64,000 bases of DNA from an uncultured Chromatiales bacterium (GCA_964602805.1 CAZRSJ010000002.1:36824-100823), one strand, 5' to 3'. Numbered from the stretch's first letter, positions 1 to 9,745 are shown. The notes: generated from the letters alone by a model not told the origin. Numbers and translations are program-made.

Positions 1-1534
1 TGGCGACCGCACCGGGCAGCGCGGGATCCTGCGGAGGCTCGCGGAGTTGCAGTACAAGCGCAACGAGGTCGACCTGCGCCGCGGCACGTTCCGGGTGCGC
101 GGCGACGTCATCGACGTGCATCCGGCTGATTCGGATCGCGAGGCGGTTCGCATCGAACTGTTCGACGACGAAGTCGAGCGCCTGCGCCTGTTCGACCCAT
201 TGACCGGAGAGGTTCGGCGCGACGTGCCCCGCTTGACCATCTACCCGAAGACCCATTACGTGACCCCGAAAGTGGTGCTGGAGCGCGCGGTGGAGCAGAT
301 TCGCGAGGAACTCGAAGAGCACCTCGCCCTCTTGGTGTCGGAGGAACGGTTGGTGGAGGCGCAGCGCCTCGAGCAGCGTACTCGTTACGACCTTGAGATG
401 ATCGAAGAACTCGGCTACTGCGCCGGCATTGAAAATTACTCACGCTACCTGTCCGGGCGCGCCGCCGGCGAACCGCCGCCTTGCCTACTGGACTACCTGC
501 CGGACAATGCCCTGCTGTTCGTCGACGAGAGCCACGCCACGATTCCGCAGTTCGGGGGCATGTACCGAGGCGACTATTCGCGCAAGAAGAACCTGGTCGA
601 TTACGGGTTCCGGCTGCCGTCCGCATTGGACAACCGGCCCCTCAAGTTCGAGGAATTCGAGGCGTTGGCGCCGCAAACCGTCTATGTGTCGGCCACGCCC
701 GGGCCGTACGAGATCAAGTTGTCGGGGCAGGTCGTCGAGCAGGTGGTGCGCCCGACCGGATTGGTCGATCCCAGCGTCGAGGTTCGACCGGTCTCCACTC
801 AGGTGGATGACCTGTTGTCCGAGATTCGCAAGATCGCCGAAGCTGGCGATCGGGTGTTGGTGACCACGTTGACCAAGCGCATGGCCGAGGACCTGACCGA
901 ATACCTGCGCGAGCACGATGTCCGGGTCCGCTATCTGCATTCCGATATCGACACCGTGGAACGGGTCGAGATCATCCGCGACCTTCGGTTGGGCGAATTC
1001 GACGTGCTGGTCGGAATCAACCTCTTGCGCGAAGGGCTGGACATTCCCGAAGTCTCGCTGGTGGCGATACTGGATGCGGACAAGGAAGGGTTCCTGCGCT
1101 CGGAGCGCTCGCTGATCCAGACCATCGGGCGGGCGGCGCGGCATGTCAAGGGACGTACGCTGCTGTACGCCGACGAGGTGACCGACTCGATGCGCCGGGC
1201 CATCGACGAGACCGACCGCCGCCGTGCCAAGCAGCAGGAATTCAACCGGAAGCACGACATTACTCCGCGCGGCATTGAGAAGCGGGTCGCCGACATCATG
1301 GAAGGCGCTGCTGGGCGCTCGTCAGGAAAACATGCGAAACGGGTTCGGTTCGGGCCGGCCGAACCGGTCGAGGTACTGAGTCCAGAGGAGGCGCTGCGAA
1401 AGATCCGGGAACTGGAGCAGCAGATGTACCACCATGCACGGGAACTGGAGTTCGAAGAGGCGGCACGGCTGCGGGACGAGGCCCGCGCCATTCACGAGCG
1501 GACTTTCGGCGCAGAGCTCAAGGCGGCGAGTTGA
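1..1534 (+). CDS. uvrB: Excinuclease ABC subunit B, C-terminal ~510 aa; gene begins upstream of window
   Basis: Frame open from position 2. Translation contains UvrB helicase motifs and the C-terminal UVR domain (…[14 protein letters not shown]…). Stop at 1532-1534. Confidence 0.95.
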   Translation, partial: GDRTGQRGILRRLAELQYKRNEVDLRRGTFRVRGDVIDVHPADSDREAVRIELFDDEVERLRLFDPLTGEVRRDVPRLTIYPKTHYVTPKVVLERAVEQIREELEEHLALLVSEERLVEAQRLEQRTRYDLEMIEELGYCAGIENYSRYLSGRAAGEPPPCLLDYLPDNALLFVDESHATIPQFGGMYRGDYSRKKNLVDYGFRLPSALDNRPLKFEEFEALAPQTVYVSATPGPYEIKLSGQVVEQVVRPTGLVDPSVEVRPVSTQVDDLLSEIRKIAEAGDRVLVTTLTKRMAEDLTEYLREHDVRVRYLHSDIDTVERVEIIRDLRLGEFDVLVGINLLREGLDIPEVSLVAILDADKEGFLRSERSLIQTIGRAARHVKGRTLLYADEVTDSMRRAIDETDRRRAKQQEFNRKHDITPRGIEKRVADIMEGAAGRSSGKHAKRVRFGPAEPVEVLSPEEALRKIRELEQQMYHHARELEFEEAARLRDEARAIHERTFGAELKAAS

Positions 1535-1578
1535 CGGAGTGCGTAAGATGCATCAAATCGTCTACATTCAGGAATGTG

Positions 1579-1773
1579 ATGCGCACGAGTATTGAGATTG
1601 ATGACAGCTTGATGGCGGAAGCCATGGAAGTTGGTGGATTCAAGACCAAGCGGGCCACCGTGGAAGAAGGATTGCGCCTGCTTGTGCAGACCCGAACCCA
1701 AGGATGCATCCGGGAATTGCGCGGGAAATTGAGTTGGAGAGGCTCGCTCGACGAGATGCGGCGCGATCAGTGA
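1579..1773 (+). CDS. vapB: VapB-family type II antitoxin (DUF2191/Rv0623-like), apparently orphan
   Basis: MRTSIEIDDSLMAEAMEVGGFKTKRATVEEGLRLLVQTRTQ… with C-terminal …LRGKLSWRGSLDEMRRDQ, typical of VapB. AGGAA SD 5 nt upstream of ATG at 1579. No PIN-domain ORF follows (28 bp to the next, convergent gene). Confidence 0.7.
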   Translation: MRTSIEIDDSLMAEAMEVGGFKTKRATVEEGLRLLVQTRTQGCIRELRGKLSWRGSLDEMRRDQ

Positions 1774-1801
1774 TCGCCGCCAATTCTTTTACTCGGATTG
1801 A

Positions 1802-2797
1802 TTACTTTTGGTCGAGACGGACCAGAGTGCGGCCGCGAGCACGGCCTTCAATGTAAAGCGGGAACCGGCCGGGCAAATCCTCCAGGTTAATCGTATCTTC
1901 TACCAGCGGTTCCAGATCTTCCGGCTGAAGGATCTCGAATAACTGGCTCCAGGCGCGATGACGTCGCTCCATCGGGCAATTGGCCGAGGTCACGCCCAGG
2001 ATGCTGACCCCGCGAATGATGAACGGGATGACGGAGCCCCGGAACTCGTTGCCGGTGGCGCGCCCGATGCTGACCACGCTGCCCCAGGGTTGGGTCATGC
2101 GTACCAGCAGGGGCAGGGCGTTGCCGCCCAAGTTGTCGATGGCGCCGGCAAATTCGGCCTTCGCCAAGCCTTCCGGGTTTCCGGACAGATCGAAGGGTTC
2201 CCGGATCTCGCTCGCACCAAGCGCGCGCAAGGCATCATGCGCCTCCGGCTTGCCGGTCGTGGCAATCGTCGAATAGCCCAGACGGCTGAGCAGCAGGACG
2301 GCCAGGCTGCCGACACCGCCGCTTGCACCGGTCACCAGGACGGGCCCTGTGCCCGGCATGACGTGGTTTTCCTGTAGGCGTTCGATGGCCAGCATCGCGG
2401 TGAACCCGGCAGTGCCCAGGATGGCCGCTGAGCGCGGGGTGAAAGGGGAAGGGATCTCGATGAGCGTGTCGCTAGGCACGCGCAATCGCTCGGCGAATCC
2501 GCCGTCCCGGATTTCGGACAGCCCGCAGCCGGTCACCAGGACCGGTTGTCCGGCTACGAATTCCTCGTTCTCGCTGGAGACCACGGTGCCGGCCGCGTCG
2601 ATTCCGCCGATCAGGGTCGGCACGCGCAGGATCGGGGCCGTGCCGGTCGCGGCCATCGCATCCTTGTAGTTGATTGCGGAGAACTCCGGTGCGATCACCA
2701 CGTCACCGGGGCTCAGCTCCTCCACCGAAACCTGCACGAGTTCGCAGTGGGGCTCTTTTTCGGCCCAGAGGCGTAATGCGCGGTAGGAATCGCTCAT
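1802..2797 (-). CDS. yhdH: MDR-family NAD(P)H quinone oxidoreductase, YhdH/AcuI (acrylyl-CoA reductase-like) type
   Basis: 331-aa product starting MSDSYRAL…, with a GxGxxG Rossmann motif (VLVTGASGGVGSLAV). ATG at 2797 overlaps purK stop (ATGA). The longer ORF in the track is an upstream extension. Confidence 0.8.
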   Translation of the reverse strand: MSDSYRALRLWAEKEPHCELVQVSVEELSPGDVVIAPEFSAINYKDAMAATGTAPILRVPTLIGGIDAAGTVVSSENEEFVAGQPVLVTGCGLSEIRDGGFAERLRVPSDTLIEIPSPFTPRSAAILGTAGFTAMLAIERLQENHVMPGTGPVLVTGASGGVGSLAVLLLSRLGYSTIATTGKPEAHDALRALGASEIREPFDLSGNPEGLAKAEFAGAIDNLGGNALPLLVRMTQPWGSVVSIGRATGNEFRGSVIPFIIRGVSILGVTSANCPMERRHRAWSQLFEILQPEDLEPLVEDTINLEDLPGRFPLYIEGRARGRTLVRLDQK

Positions 2798-3894
2798 GCG
2801 CCCAGGCCCCGGTACAGTTCGCAGGCGCGTGCGTAGGCGGCGTCCGGATCGGAATCCAGAACGCAGAGATGCCCCATCTTGCGCCCGGGGCGTGCCTCCT
2901 CCTTGCCGTACAGGTGCAACCGCACGGTCGGGTCGTCCTGAAGTGGCGTCCAGTCGGGTTCGCCGCCGTTCCAAAGGTCTCCCAGCAGGTTGATCATCAC
3001 GGCGGGTGTGTGTTGCGTGGGAGCGGCGAGCGGAAGCCCGCACAAAATCCGCGCCTGCTGCTCGAACTGCGAAGCGACGCAGGCATCCAGCGTGTAGTGG
3101 CCGCTATTGTGGGGGCGGGGTGCCATCTCGTTGAAATAGACACCGTTGGACGTCACGAAGTATTCGACCGCAAGCACGCCGTGGTAGTCAAGCGCGTCGG
3201 CAATCTTGCGTGCGCTGTCCTGGACCCGTTTCTGGACGATTCCGGAGACATTGGCCGGGGCGCGGGAACAGTGCAGGATCCCGTTGCGGTGTTCGTTTTC
3301 CGCGACCGGGTAGGCGACGCTGTGCTCGCAATCCCGAGCCACGATGACGGAGATTTCCTGCTGCAGGTCGAGTTGGCGTTCCAGCACGCAGGAAACGCCA
3401 CCGAACCGGGCGAATGCCGCTTCCGCTTCCTCGGGTGTCTCAACGACCGCCTGACCCTTGCCGTCGTAGCCCAGGCGGTCGGTCTTCAAGATACAGGGAG
3501 CCCCGACCTGTTCCAGTGCGGCCGGAATCTGCGCGGCGCCCGAAATGGGCTGATAGGGAACCGGGGGCGTGGCGGGCGTGTGCTCCGAGGCGAAACGCTT
3601 TTCGGCCAGCCGGCTTTGCGCGACGGAGAGGGGTTGGGCATCGGGTCGGACCGTGATCCGGTTGCGCAGGTATTCCACCGCTTGGGCGGGAACGGCCTCG
3701 AATTCGTAACTGGCGGCTTTGCACATCTCGCCGAGCCGGTCCAGCGCATCCGTCTGGTCGTATCCGGCGACCAGGTGTTCATCGGCGAGAAGCCCGGCCG
3801 GACAGGGATCTTTCGGCTCCAATACGACGACGCGGTAGCCTAGGCGTTGTGCGGCCTCGGTGAACATGCGGCCCAGCTGGCCGCCGCCGAGCAT
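2794..3894 (-). CDS. purK: N5-carboxyaminoimidazole ribonucleotide synthase
   Basis: MLGGGQLGRMF… ATP-grasp PurK signature. Start chosen at ATG 3894; a TTG at 3942 inside purE is the alternative. Lies downstream of purE. Confidence 0.85.
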   Translation of the reverse strand: MLGGGQLGRMFTEAAQRLGYRVVVLEPKDPCPAGLLADEHLVAGYDQTDALDRLGEMCKAASYEFEAVPAQAVEYLRNRITVRPDAQPLSVAQSRLAEKRFASEHTPATPPVPYQPISGAAQIPAALEQVGAPCILKTDRLGYDGKGQAVVETPEEAEAAFARFGGVSCVLERQLDLQQEISVIVARDCEHSVAYPVAENEHRNGILHCSRAPANVSGIVQKRVQDSARKIADALDYHGVLAVEYFVTSNGVYFNEMAPRPHNSGHYTLDACVASQFEQQARILCGLPLAAPTQHTPAVMINLLGDLWNGGEPDWTPLQDDPTVRLHLYGKEEARPGRKMGHLCVLDSDPDAAYARACELYRGLGA

Positions 3895-3922
3895 GCCGAG
3901 ATGAGCGCCGGGCGCGAGCGGT

Positions 3923-4420
3923 TCAGTCGAGTTTCTGCTCAAGGACGGAGCGGGTCTGGGCGTCCCGAAAGGCATCCAGGCGTTCCGCCAGATCCGGGTC
4001 TTCGCCGGCCAGCATCGCCGCCGCGAACAGCGCGGCATTTGCGGCTCCGGGTGCGCCGACGGCGAAAGTGGCGACAGGAATGCCTTTCGGCATCTGTGCG
4101 ATCGACAGCAGGGAATCCCAGCCTTGCAGCGCGGTGGCGTTGATGGGAACGCCGAGTATGGGTAACGGGGTCATGGCTGCCAGCATGCCGGGCAGGTGCG
4201 CGGCTCCGCCGGCACCGGCGATGATGCAGCGAATCCCGCGATCGCGGGCGCCACGGGCGAATTCCGCCATCAGGTCTGGAGTGCGGTGCGCGGAGACCAC
4301 CTGCGCGAAGTAAGGAACCTCCAGCGCGTCCAGGTGTTCGGCCGCAGCCTTCATGGTTTCCCAATCGCTGCGGCTTCCCATCACGATGGCGACGGGCGGT
4401 GCCGGATCCGGGTTGGTCAT
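3923..4420 (-). CDS. purE: N5-CAIR mutase
   Basis: [23 protein letters not shown]…AHRTPD…[10 protein letters not shown]… canonical PurE. 165 aa. Confidence 0.9.
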   Translation of the reverse strand: MTNPDPAPPVAIVMGSRSDWETMKAAAEHLDALEVPYFAQVVSAHRTPDLMAEFARGARDRGIRCIIAGAGGAAHLPGMLAAMTPLPILGVPINATALQGWDSLLSIAQMPKGIPVATFAVGAPGAANAALFAAAMLAGEDPDLAERLDAFRDAQTRSVLEQKLD

Positions 4421-4475
4421 GACGCCTCGGTAACGTTGGCGAAACGGCAAATTATACTCCCCGGTAGTCCATAAT

Positions 4476-5399
4476 GTGCGCTTTGCCAGGGTCCCGACGG
4501 CCGTGTCTCCCGTATTTCGCACCGATCTCGCCCATTTGCCGCGCATTGCCGAAGGCAAGGTGCGCGATCTGTATGAAATCGATTCACAGCACATGCTGAT
4601 GGTGGCGACCGACCGATTGTCAGCTTTTGACGTGGTGCTGCCGACCCCGATTCCGGAAAAAGGGCGAATCCTGACCGCCGTCTCGGGATTCTGGTTCGAC
4701 CGCCTGGAGCCGGTCGTGCCAAATCACTGTTGCCCGCTGGGATTGGAGGATTTGCCGCTGGAGCCCGAAGAACGGGTCATATTGGCAGGCCGAAGCCTGC
4801 GAGTGCGGAAGCTTGAGCCGTTGCCGGTCGAGGCCGTGGTCCGCGGCTACCTGATCGGATCGGGCTGGAAGGATTACCAGCGCGAAGGCCGGGTCTGCGG
4901 AATCGACCTGCCGCCCGGCCTGGCTCTGGCCGAGCGCCTGCCGGAACCGTTGTTCACGCCCGCGACCAAGGCCCAGCGGGGAGAGCACGACGAGAACATC
5001 AGTTTCGAGAGGGTGGCAGACCTGATCGGAAAGGAACGCGCGGAAGAAGTGCGGGACATGAGCCTGCGGCTGTACGCCGAGGCGAGCGCCCATGCTCGCG
5101 AATGCGGTGTCATAATCGCGGACACCAAGTTCGAATTTGGTTTGGACGAGGCGGGGACGCTGGTGCTGATCGATGAGGTGCTGACGCCGGATTCCTCCCG
5201 CTTCTGGGATGCGGATGATTGGCGTGCAGGCGAGAACCCGTACAGCTTCGACAAGCAGTTCGTGCGCGATTGGCTGGAAACCCTGGAATGGGACAAGCGG
5301 CCGCCCGGGCCGGAAATCCCGATTGAAATCGTGGCACGTACCACGGAACGTTACCGACAGATCGGCCTCCGCCTGTGCGGCGAGTCGATCCTCGACTGA
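4476..5399 (+). CDS. purC: SAICAR synthetase, long (~300 aa) form
   Basis: …[30 protein letters not shown]… PurC motifs. Divergent from purE with only 55 bp between start codons; start could be a few codons downstream. Confidence 0.85.
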   Translation: MRFARVPTAVSPVFRTDLAHLPRIAEGKVRDLYEIDSQHMLMVATDRLSAFDVVLPTPIPEKGRILTAVSGFWFDRLEPVVPNHCCPLGLEDLPLEPEERVILAGRSLRVRKLEPLPVEAVVRGYLIGSGWKDYQREGRVCGIDLPPGLALAERLPEPLFTPATKAQRGEHDENISFERVADLIGKERAEEVRDMSLRLYAEASAHARECGVIIADTKFEFGLDEAGTLVLIDEVLTPDSSRFWDADDWRAGENPYSFDKQFVRDWLETLEWDKRPPGPEIPIEIVARTTERYRQIGLRLCGESILD

Positions 5400-5411
5400 A
5401 GGAGAGGACCT

Positions 5412-5777
5412 ATGGAAAGAATAGAAGAACCCGGGAAGGCCCCGGAAGTCCGCATTGCGGAATTGGAGAAACTCACCGGCCGCCTGCGTATCGGCCTGAT
5501 CCTGATCGGGTCGCTGATCCTGTACCAGGGCACCTGGGAAATCGGATTGCTGGGCCCGGTTCGGGTGTACGCAACGGAGGTTTACGCCAGCCAGTTCATC
5601 CTGGAAGACGAAGACCAGAAGGTCTACGGTCGCTGGGAGGTGACGGAGGAAGAAGGTCCGGCGCAATTTGTGGTGTTCGGCGATAGCCGAGACTATATTC
5701 GGATCAGCGCGGAAGGCCTGGAGCAGCGAGAGGACCGGGTGGTGCCGGAATCGGGCATGATTCCACTGGAAAAATAG
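5412..5777 (+). CDS. Hypothetical protein, 121 aa, one predicted TM helix
   Basis: Strong SD (GGAGAGG) 6 nt upstream of ATG. Hydrophobic segment RLRIGLILIGSLILY. No recognisable family. Confidence 0.55.
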   Translation: MERIEEPGKAPEVRIAELEKLTGRLRIGLILIGSLILYQGTWEIGLLGPVRVYATEVYASQFILEDEDQKVYGRWEVTEEEGPAQFVVFGDSRDYIRISAEGLEQREDRVVPESGMIPLEK

Positions 5778-5817
5778 CCAATCGTGATAAAATGAACTTT
5801 CACCCGTGAGATTCACG

Positions 5818-6261
5818 ATGAAGAGCAAGACACTGACCCGCAGCACGGTCAGCGCCAAACCCGGTGCTGGCAGTTGGTACGTGGTGGATGCCGCCGACCA
5901 GGTTCTGGGGCGCCTGGCGACCCAGGTGGCGCACTGCCTGCGCGGCAAGCACCGTCCCGACTGGACGCCGCATGTGGACGCGGGCGACCACGTCATCGTG
6001 CTCAACGCCTCTTCGGTGCGGGTGACCGGCAACAAGCGGGCCGGAAAAATGTACCACCACCACACCGGATACATCGGGAATCTGCGCAGCGAGTCTTTCG
6101 AGGACCTCCAGGAGCGTGCCCCCCAGAAAGTTATCGAGTTGGCGGTTCGCGGGATGCTTCCCAAGAGTCGGCTGGGCAGCCGCATGCTGCGCCGGCTGCA
6201 TGTCTATTCCGGGGGCGAGCATCAGCATGCCGCCCAGCAGCCTGCGGCATTGGAGATCTAA
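5818..6261 (+). CDS. rplM: 50S ribosomal protein L13
   Basis: [34 protein letters not shown]… Start at the internal ATG 5818 (the track ORF is N-extended). Confidence 0.95.
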   Translation: MKSKTLTRSTVSAKPGAGSWYVVDAADQVLGRLATQVAHCLRGKHRPDWTPHVDAGDHVIVLNASSVRVTGNKRAGKMYHHHTGYIGNLRSESFEDLQERAPQKVIELAVRGMLPKSRLGSRMLRRLHVYSGGEHQHAAQQPAALEI

Positions 6262-6263
6262 GC

Positions 6264-6656
6264 ATGGCTGCGTCAGTTTTCCTAGGTACCGGGCGCCGTA
6301 AAGACTCGACTGCCCGCGTGCGGCTGAGCGAGGGCTCCGGCAAGATGCGGGTCAACAACCGCGATCTTAAAGATTATTTCGTCCGTGAGACCGCCCGCAT
6401 CCAGGTCTGCCAGCCGCTGGCTGTATGCGACATGCTGGGCAAGTTCGATTTGGAAGCCAAGGTTTCCGGCGGCGGCATCAGCGGCCAGGCCGGGGCCATC
6501 AGGCTTGGCATCGCCCGGGCGCTGCTTTCCTACAACGAAGAGAACCGTGCACAACTGCGACAAGGCGGGTTCCTGACCCGTGATGCAAGAATTGTCGAAC
6601 GTAAGAAAGTTGGGTTAAGAAAGGCCCGCAAGGATATTCAGTACTCCAAACGCTGA
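6264..6656 (+). CDS. rpsI: 30S ribosomal protein S9
   Basis: [19 protein letters not shown]… …[14 protein letters not shown]. Read from an internal start of ORF 5874..6656. Confidence 0.95.
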   Translation: MAASVFLGTGRRKDSTARVRLSEGSGKMRVNNRDLKDYFVRETARIQVCQPLAVCDMLGKFDLEAKVSGGGISGQAGAIRLGIARALLSYNEENRAQLRQGGFLTRDARIVERKKVGLRKARKDIQYSKR

Positions 6657-6669
6657 TTTGAGTCGCTGA

Positions 6670-6708
6670 AACCTTTCGGGCAATCCGGAAGGTTTTCAGG
6701 ATTTTTTC
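6670..6708 (+). terminator. Rho-independent terminator after rpsI
   Basis: Hairpin AACCTTTCGGG-CAAT-CCGGAAGGTT followed by TTTTCAGGATTTTTTC. Confidence 0.5.
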
Positions 6709-6815
6709 AAAACCTAATCTGCCTGGCCAGAAACTGCGGCCCAAAGGCTTTGCGCTTTGGTTGCCAGATGTTCTGGTAGGGTGTGAACATCAATTTCAAT
6801 CCAATAGGGGAAAAC

Positions 6816-7748
6816 ATGAAAAACTGGAAATTAATAGCTGCTCTTGCGGCAGCGTTAACCGGGACAGCCATGCCGGCCCATGCCGAACTCGATCTTTCGG
6901 CAAACTTCGGCATTATGTCCGACTACATCTATCGCGGCTTTCATCAGAGCGATGCCGTGGCCAATGGCGGAATAGATCTGGCGGCAGGCCCGTTCTACCT
7001 AGGCACGTGGCTCGCCGATCTTGATTCCGGCAGCGGAGTGGAAATCGATGTCTATGGGGGGTTAGCCTGGGAGTTCGAGAACGGGTTCTCGGCGTATGTC
7101 GGTTATACCGCCTATCGTTACACCGAGGATGATGATGGGGTGTTGGAGCCGCATGTGGTCAACGAAGGTGAAACGGATTCGCAGACCGGTGTGGTCACCT
7201 ATACGCGAACAGGTCATTTCAGCTATACGGGAGACGGCACTCCAACGGAGGACCCCCACGAAGAAGATGGGTTCTACCACCTTGCTGTAAACGACGACAA
7301 TATGATCCTGGACACTGATGGTACTGACGATGGAATGATTCACGGTGTTGCGATCGCCGACTTCGAACTGGATCACGAATGTGTTGACACAGGCTTCGAC
7401 AAGGACTATGACGAGATTAATATTGGTATCGGCTACGCTAAGGATGACTTCTCGGCTAGCTTGGATTATTCCATTGGCGAGCACGAGAATTTCTGTGGAG
7501 ACGAGGACAACGATTACGACATTGCCACACTAACCTTGGACTACAAGGGTGCCTACGTAACGTTCGGAACCTATGGCATCAGCGAGGATGACGAGGACAA
7601 GGGAGAGCCGGAAGGCGACTACGTTGAAATCGGCTATGCCACCACAATCAATGATCTGGACTTCGCGGTGTACCTGGTCGATTCCGACGAGGACATCGAT
7701 GATGAGACTCGTCTTGGGATGAGCGTGAGTTACGGGTTCGGGCTGTAA
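6816..7748 (+). CDS. TorF-family (TIGR02001-like) putative outer-membrane porin with long acidic insert
   Basis: Signal peptide MKNWKLIAALAAALTGTAMPAHA, then …ANFGIMSDYIYRGFHQSD…, characteristic of the proteobacterial Gcw_chp/TorF porin family. C-terminal …SYGFGL. About 70 extra residues, very D/E-rich. Confidence 0.75.
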   Translation: MKNWKLIAALAAALTGTAMPAHAELDLSANFGIMSDYIYRGFHQSDAVANGGIDLAAGPFYLGTWLADLDSGSGVEIDVYGGLAWEFENGFSAYVGYTAYRYTEDDDGVLEPHVVNEGETDSQTGVVTYTRTGHFSYTGDGTPTEDPHEEDGFYHLAVNDDNMILDTDGTDDGMIHGVAIADFELDHECVDTGFDKDYDEINIGIGYAKDDFSASLDYSIGEHENFCGDEDNDYDIATLTLDYKGAYVTFGTYGISEDDEDKGEPEGDYVEIGYATTINDLDFAVYLVDSDEDIDDETRLGMSVSYGFGL

Positions 7749-7787
7749 ACGGTTAGCCGACCGCGCACCCGAAGAAGTCGGGTATTG

Positions 7788-7832
7788 GGGGGCCTGTCCA
7801 TCACTTGGACAGGCCTTCCCTGTTTAAAATTT
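7788..7832 (+). terminator. Terminator after porin gene
   Basis: GGCCTGTCC-atcactt-GGACAGGCC hairpin followed by a T-rich tract. Confidence 0.45.
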
Positions 7833-7882
7833 CGGCTTCGGGGTGCTTCTAAAGAAAATGCACCAAACACGCGGGGTGGAGA

Positions 7883-7974
7883 TGGCGGAGAGTGAGGGAT
7901 TCGAACCCTCGGTACGACAAGTCGCACAACGGTTTTCGAGACCGCCCCGTTCGACCACTCCGGCAACTCTCCGC
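7883..7974 (-). tRNA. tRNA-Ser (anticodon CGA), long variable arm
   Basis: Reverse complement GCGGAGAGTTGCCGGAGTGGTCGAACGGGGCGGTCTCGAAAACCG…GGTTCGAATCCCTCACTCTCCGCCA. Anticodon loop CTCGAAA. GGTTCGAATCC T-loop. CCA encoded. Confidence 0.85.
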
Positions 7975-8092
7975 TGCATAGCGTACCACCAGCCAAAGCG
8001 GGTCTTCATGTAGAATGCAATTCTCCGCGTGGCCCAGATACACGCCGTTTTCAATTCACGTGGCGACAACAAGAAAGATCTTGAGGAAATCC

Positions 8093-9271
8093 ATGTCCGC
8101 ATTTGTTCGCTACCCGCTACTCGGATGTTTGGCACTGTCTTTAATTGCTTGCGGCAGTTCCGGGAGCCAAACCCTGCTGAGAGCGCCCGAGCTATCGACC
8201 ACTGCTACAACTTCGCGGTTCGAAAGTGTCGAATACCTTCTGGCGGACAGCGCGGCCATTACTGCGGCGAGGAACAAATTCGTTTCCGATCCTCCTGCGG
8301 ACACTGACGCTACGCCCCCTAGCGAAAATGCATTGCTACTCAATAGCAGGAGAATCAATATCGTAAACGGTGGGGACCGGTATTTAAGCACGGGTGCCTT
8401 GGTGATGGACGGCACAGCTCCTGCTCACAGTGCCGCGACTTGTAGTGATGGCGTGGACCAGACGAAAGCGAATTGCGTCTTTCTTTTGGACTCTTTACGG
8501 GACGAGGTGACGTTTCATTTAGGCCGGACGCATGCGCGCGAAAATAATGTCGGATTCGTAGGGTTCAGCGCGGACCGTCAGCCGGTCATGGATTACCGGG
8601 GCGTCCGGATGTCGCAGGTGAGGACTACGGGCACGGATACAAAAACAGCAAGCCCTGACGACGAAGAAAACCCGTACGAATATGTGGGCTACGAGGGCAT
8701 GCTGCGATACAGCATGTTTTTCGTCGGCGTGTACAAGTTCTTTGATGATGGCACGGGCGACGACCGACAATTGGAACACCTGCGTTTCGAAAATGCCTCA
8801 CTCGGCCGAATATACGATCTAGATGGTGATACGCAAGGCGTGCAAAACCCCGACATCAGCCTGACCGGAGACGGGGTCATGGTTGGCATGGAGAGCGACA
8901 ACGACACCTTGAACAGCCATCTTGTCCAAGGCGATGTCAATATCAATTACGATCATAACGCTACAAATATTGATATTACGATCACGAATATTCAACGGTT
9001 GGTTGGCAGCGGTCCAGCTTGGTACGCAGGGACAACCGACCTCAATTGGAATAATGTGGGAGTTTCAAACTCTAGATTCAGTGACTCCACCAATAGTAAC
9101 GGAGACAGAGAACTACTTGGTTCTTTCTACGGAACGCCGGACACCAATGAAGACGCTAACGTGGATAACGGAGTTTACGAAGTGGGGGGGACTTTCTACC
9201 ATGAGGGTACTCAATACTCAATCTTTGGTGCGTTTGGGGCGCCATTAGAGTCAGCGGCGCAGTCGCAGTAA
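8093..9271 (+). CDS. Lipoprotein, 392 aa, with TbpB/fHbp-like (PF01298-type) C-terminal 8-strand beta-barrel. Low-GC, probably horizontally acquired.
   Basis: Lipobox …LALSLIACGSSGS. GAGGA SD. C-terminus …ELLGSFYGTPD…VYEVGGTFYHEGTQYSIFGAFGA resembles the terminal barrel of Slam-dependent surface lipoproteins. Local composition is markedly AT-richer than its flanks. Confidence 0.7.
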   Translation: MSAFVRYPLLGCLALSLIACGSSGSQTLLRAPELSTTATTSRFESVEYLLADSAAITAARNKFVSDPPADTDATPPSENALLLNSRRINIVNGGDRYLSTGALVMDGTAPAHSAATCSDGVDQTKANCVFLLDSLRDEVTFHLGRTHARENNVGFVGFSADRQPVMDYRGVRMSQVRTTGTDTKTASPDDEENPYEYVGYEGMLRYSMFFVGVYKFFDDGTGDDRQLEHLRFENASLGRIYDLDGDTQGVQNPDISLTGDGVMVGMESDNDTLNSHLVQGDVNINYDHNATNIDITITNIQRLVGSGPAWYAGTTDLNWNNVGVSNSRFSDSTNSNGDRELLGSFYGTPDTNEDANVDNGVYEVGGTFYHEGTQYSIFGAFGAPLESAAQSQ

Positions 9272-9343
9272 GCAGAAACTGGAGATACCTGGAAAAGTCG
9301 CTGTGCTTCCAGTTTCGGAAGCGGCAAACACCTGTTCAGAGAT

Positions 9344-9418
9344 TGGCTGGGGGAGAGGGATTCGAACCCCCGCTGGCGGAGTCAGAGTCCGCAGTCCTAC
9401 CACTAGACGATCCCCCAG
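9344..9418 (-). tRNA. tRNA-Gln (anticodon CTG)
   Basis: Reverse complement TGGGGGATCGTCTAGTGGTAGGACTGCGGACTCTGACTCCGCCAGCGGGGGTTCGAATCCCTCTCCCCCAGCCA. U1-A72 and G73 are typical of bacterial tRNA-Gln. Confidence 0.85.
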
Positions 9419-9463
9419 CGGTGCGGTTAAAATTATACGCTCACGAAGCAGGAGCAACTTCCC

Positions 9464-9703
9464 ATGGCAGACGAGCCGGAAAACCAAGAAACTGAAGAAG
9501 AAGACGATCCCAACACCCTGCGCCTGGAGGCTCGGGAGTACGATACGATCGGACTAATCCACTGTGGCGTGACCCGAGAAGGCCTGGTGGCAATTGGCGG
9601 GCAGCAGTTCAACGTGGAAGACGGTGAAGAACAGACTGCCGAGCATGTCGGAATTACAGTGCGCCGTGAGGGCGAACAGTACACTTTCTCGAAAACAGAA
9701 TAG
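9464..9703 (+). CDS. Hypothetical small acidic protein, 79 aa
   Basis: AGGAG SD 8 nt upstream of ATG. MADEPENQETEEEDDPNTLRLEAREYDTIGLIHCG… No family recognised. A hairpin at 9716-9735 (AGCGGAAC-TTGT-TCCGCT) follows. Confidence 0.5.
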   Translation: MADEPENQETEEEDDPNTLRLEAREYDTIGLIHCGVTREGLVAIGGQQFNVEDGEEQTAEHVGITVRREGEQYTFSKTE

Positions 9704-9745
9704 GGTGCACAAGCGGAACTTGTTCCGCTATCCTGTTTGAAACAA

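Noticed and set aside
4620-6185. 521-aa minus-strand ORF spanning purC to rplM
   Set aside because: Crosses two supported plus-strand genes and their intergenic SD. Low-complexity Arg/Pro-rich translation.
7975-9343. Integrase or att direct repeats for the tRNA-bounded islet
   Set aside because: No recombinase ORF and no duplicated tRNA 3' end detected. Treated as an insertion remnant.
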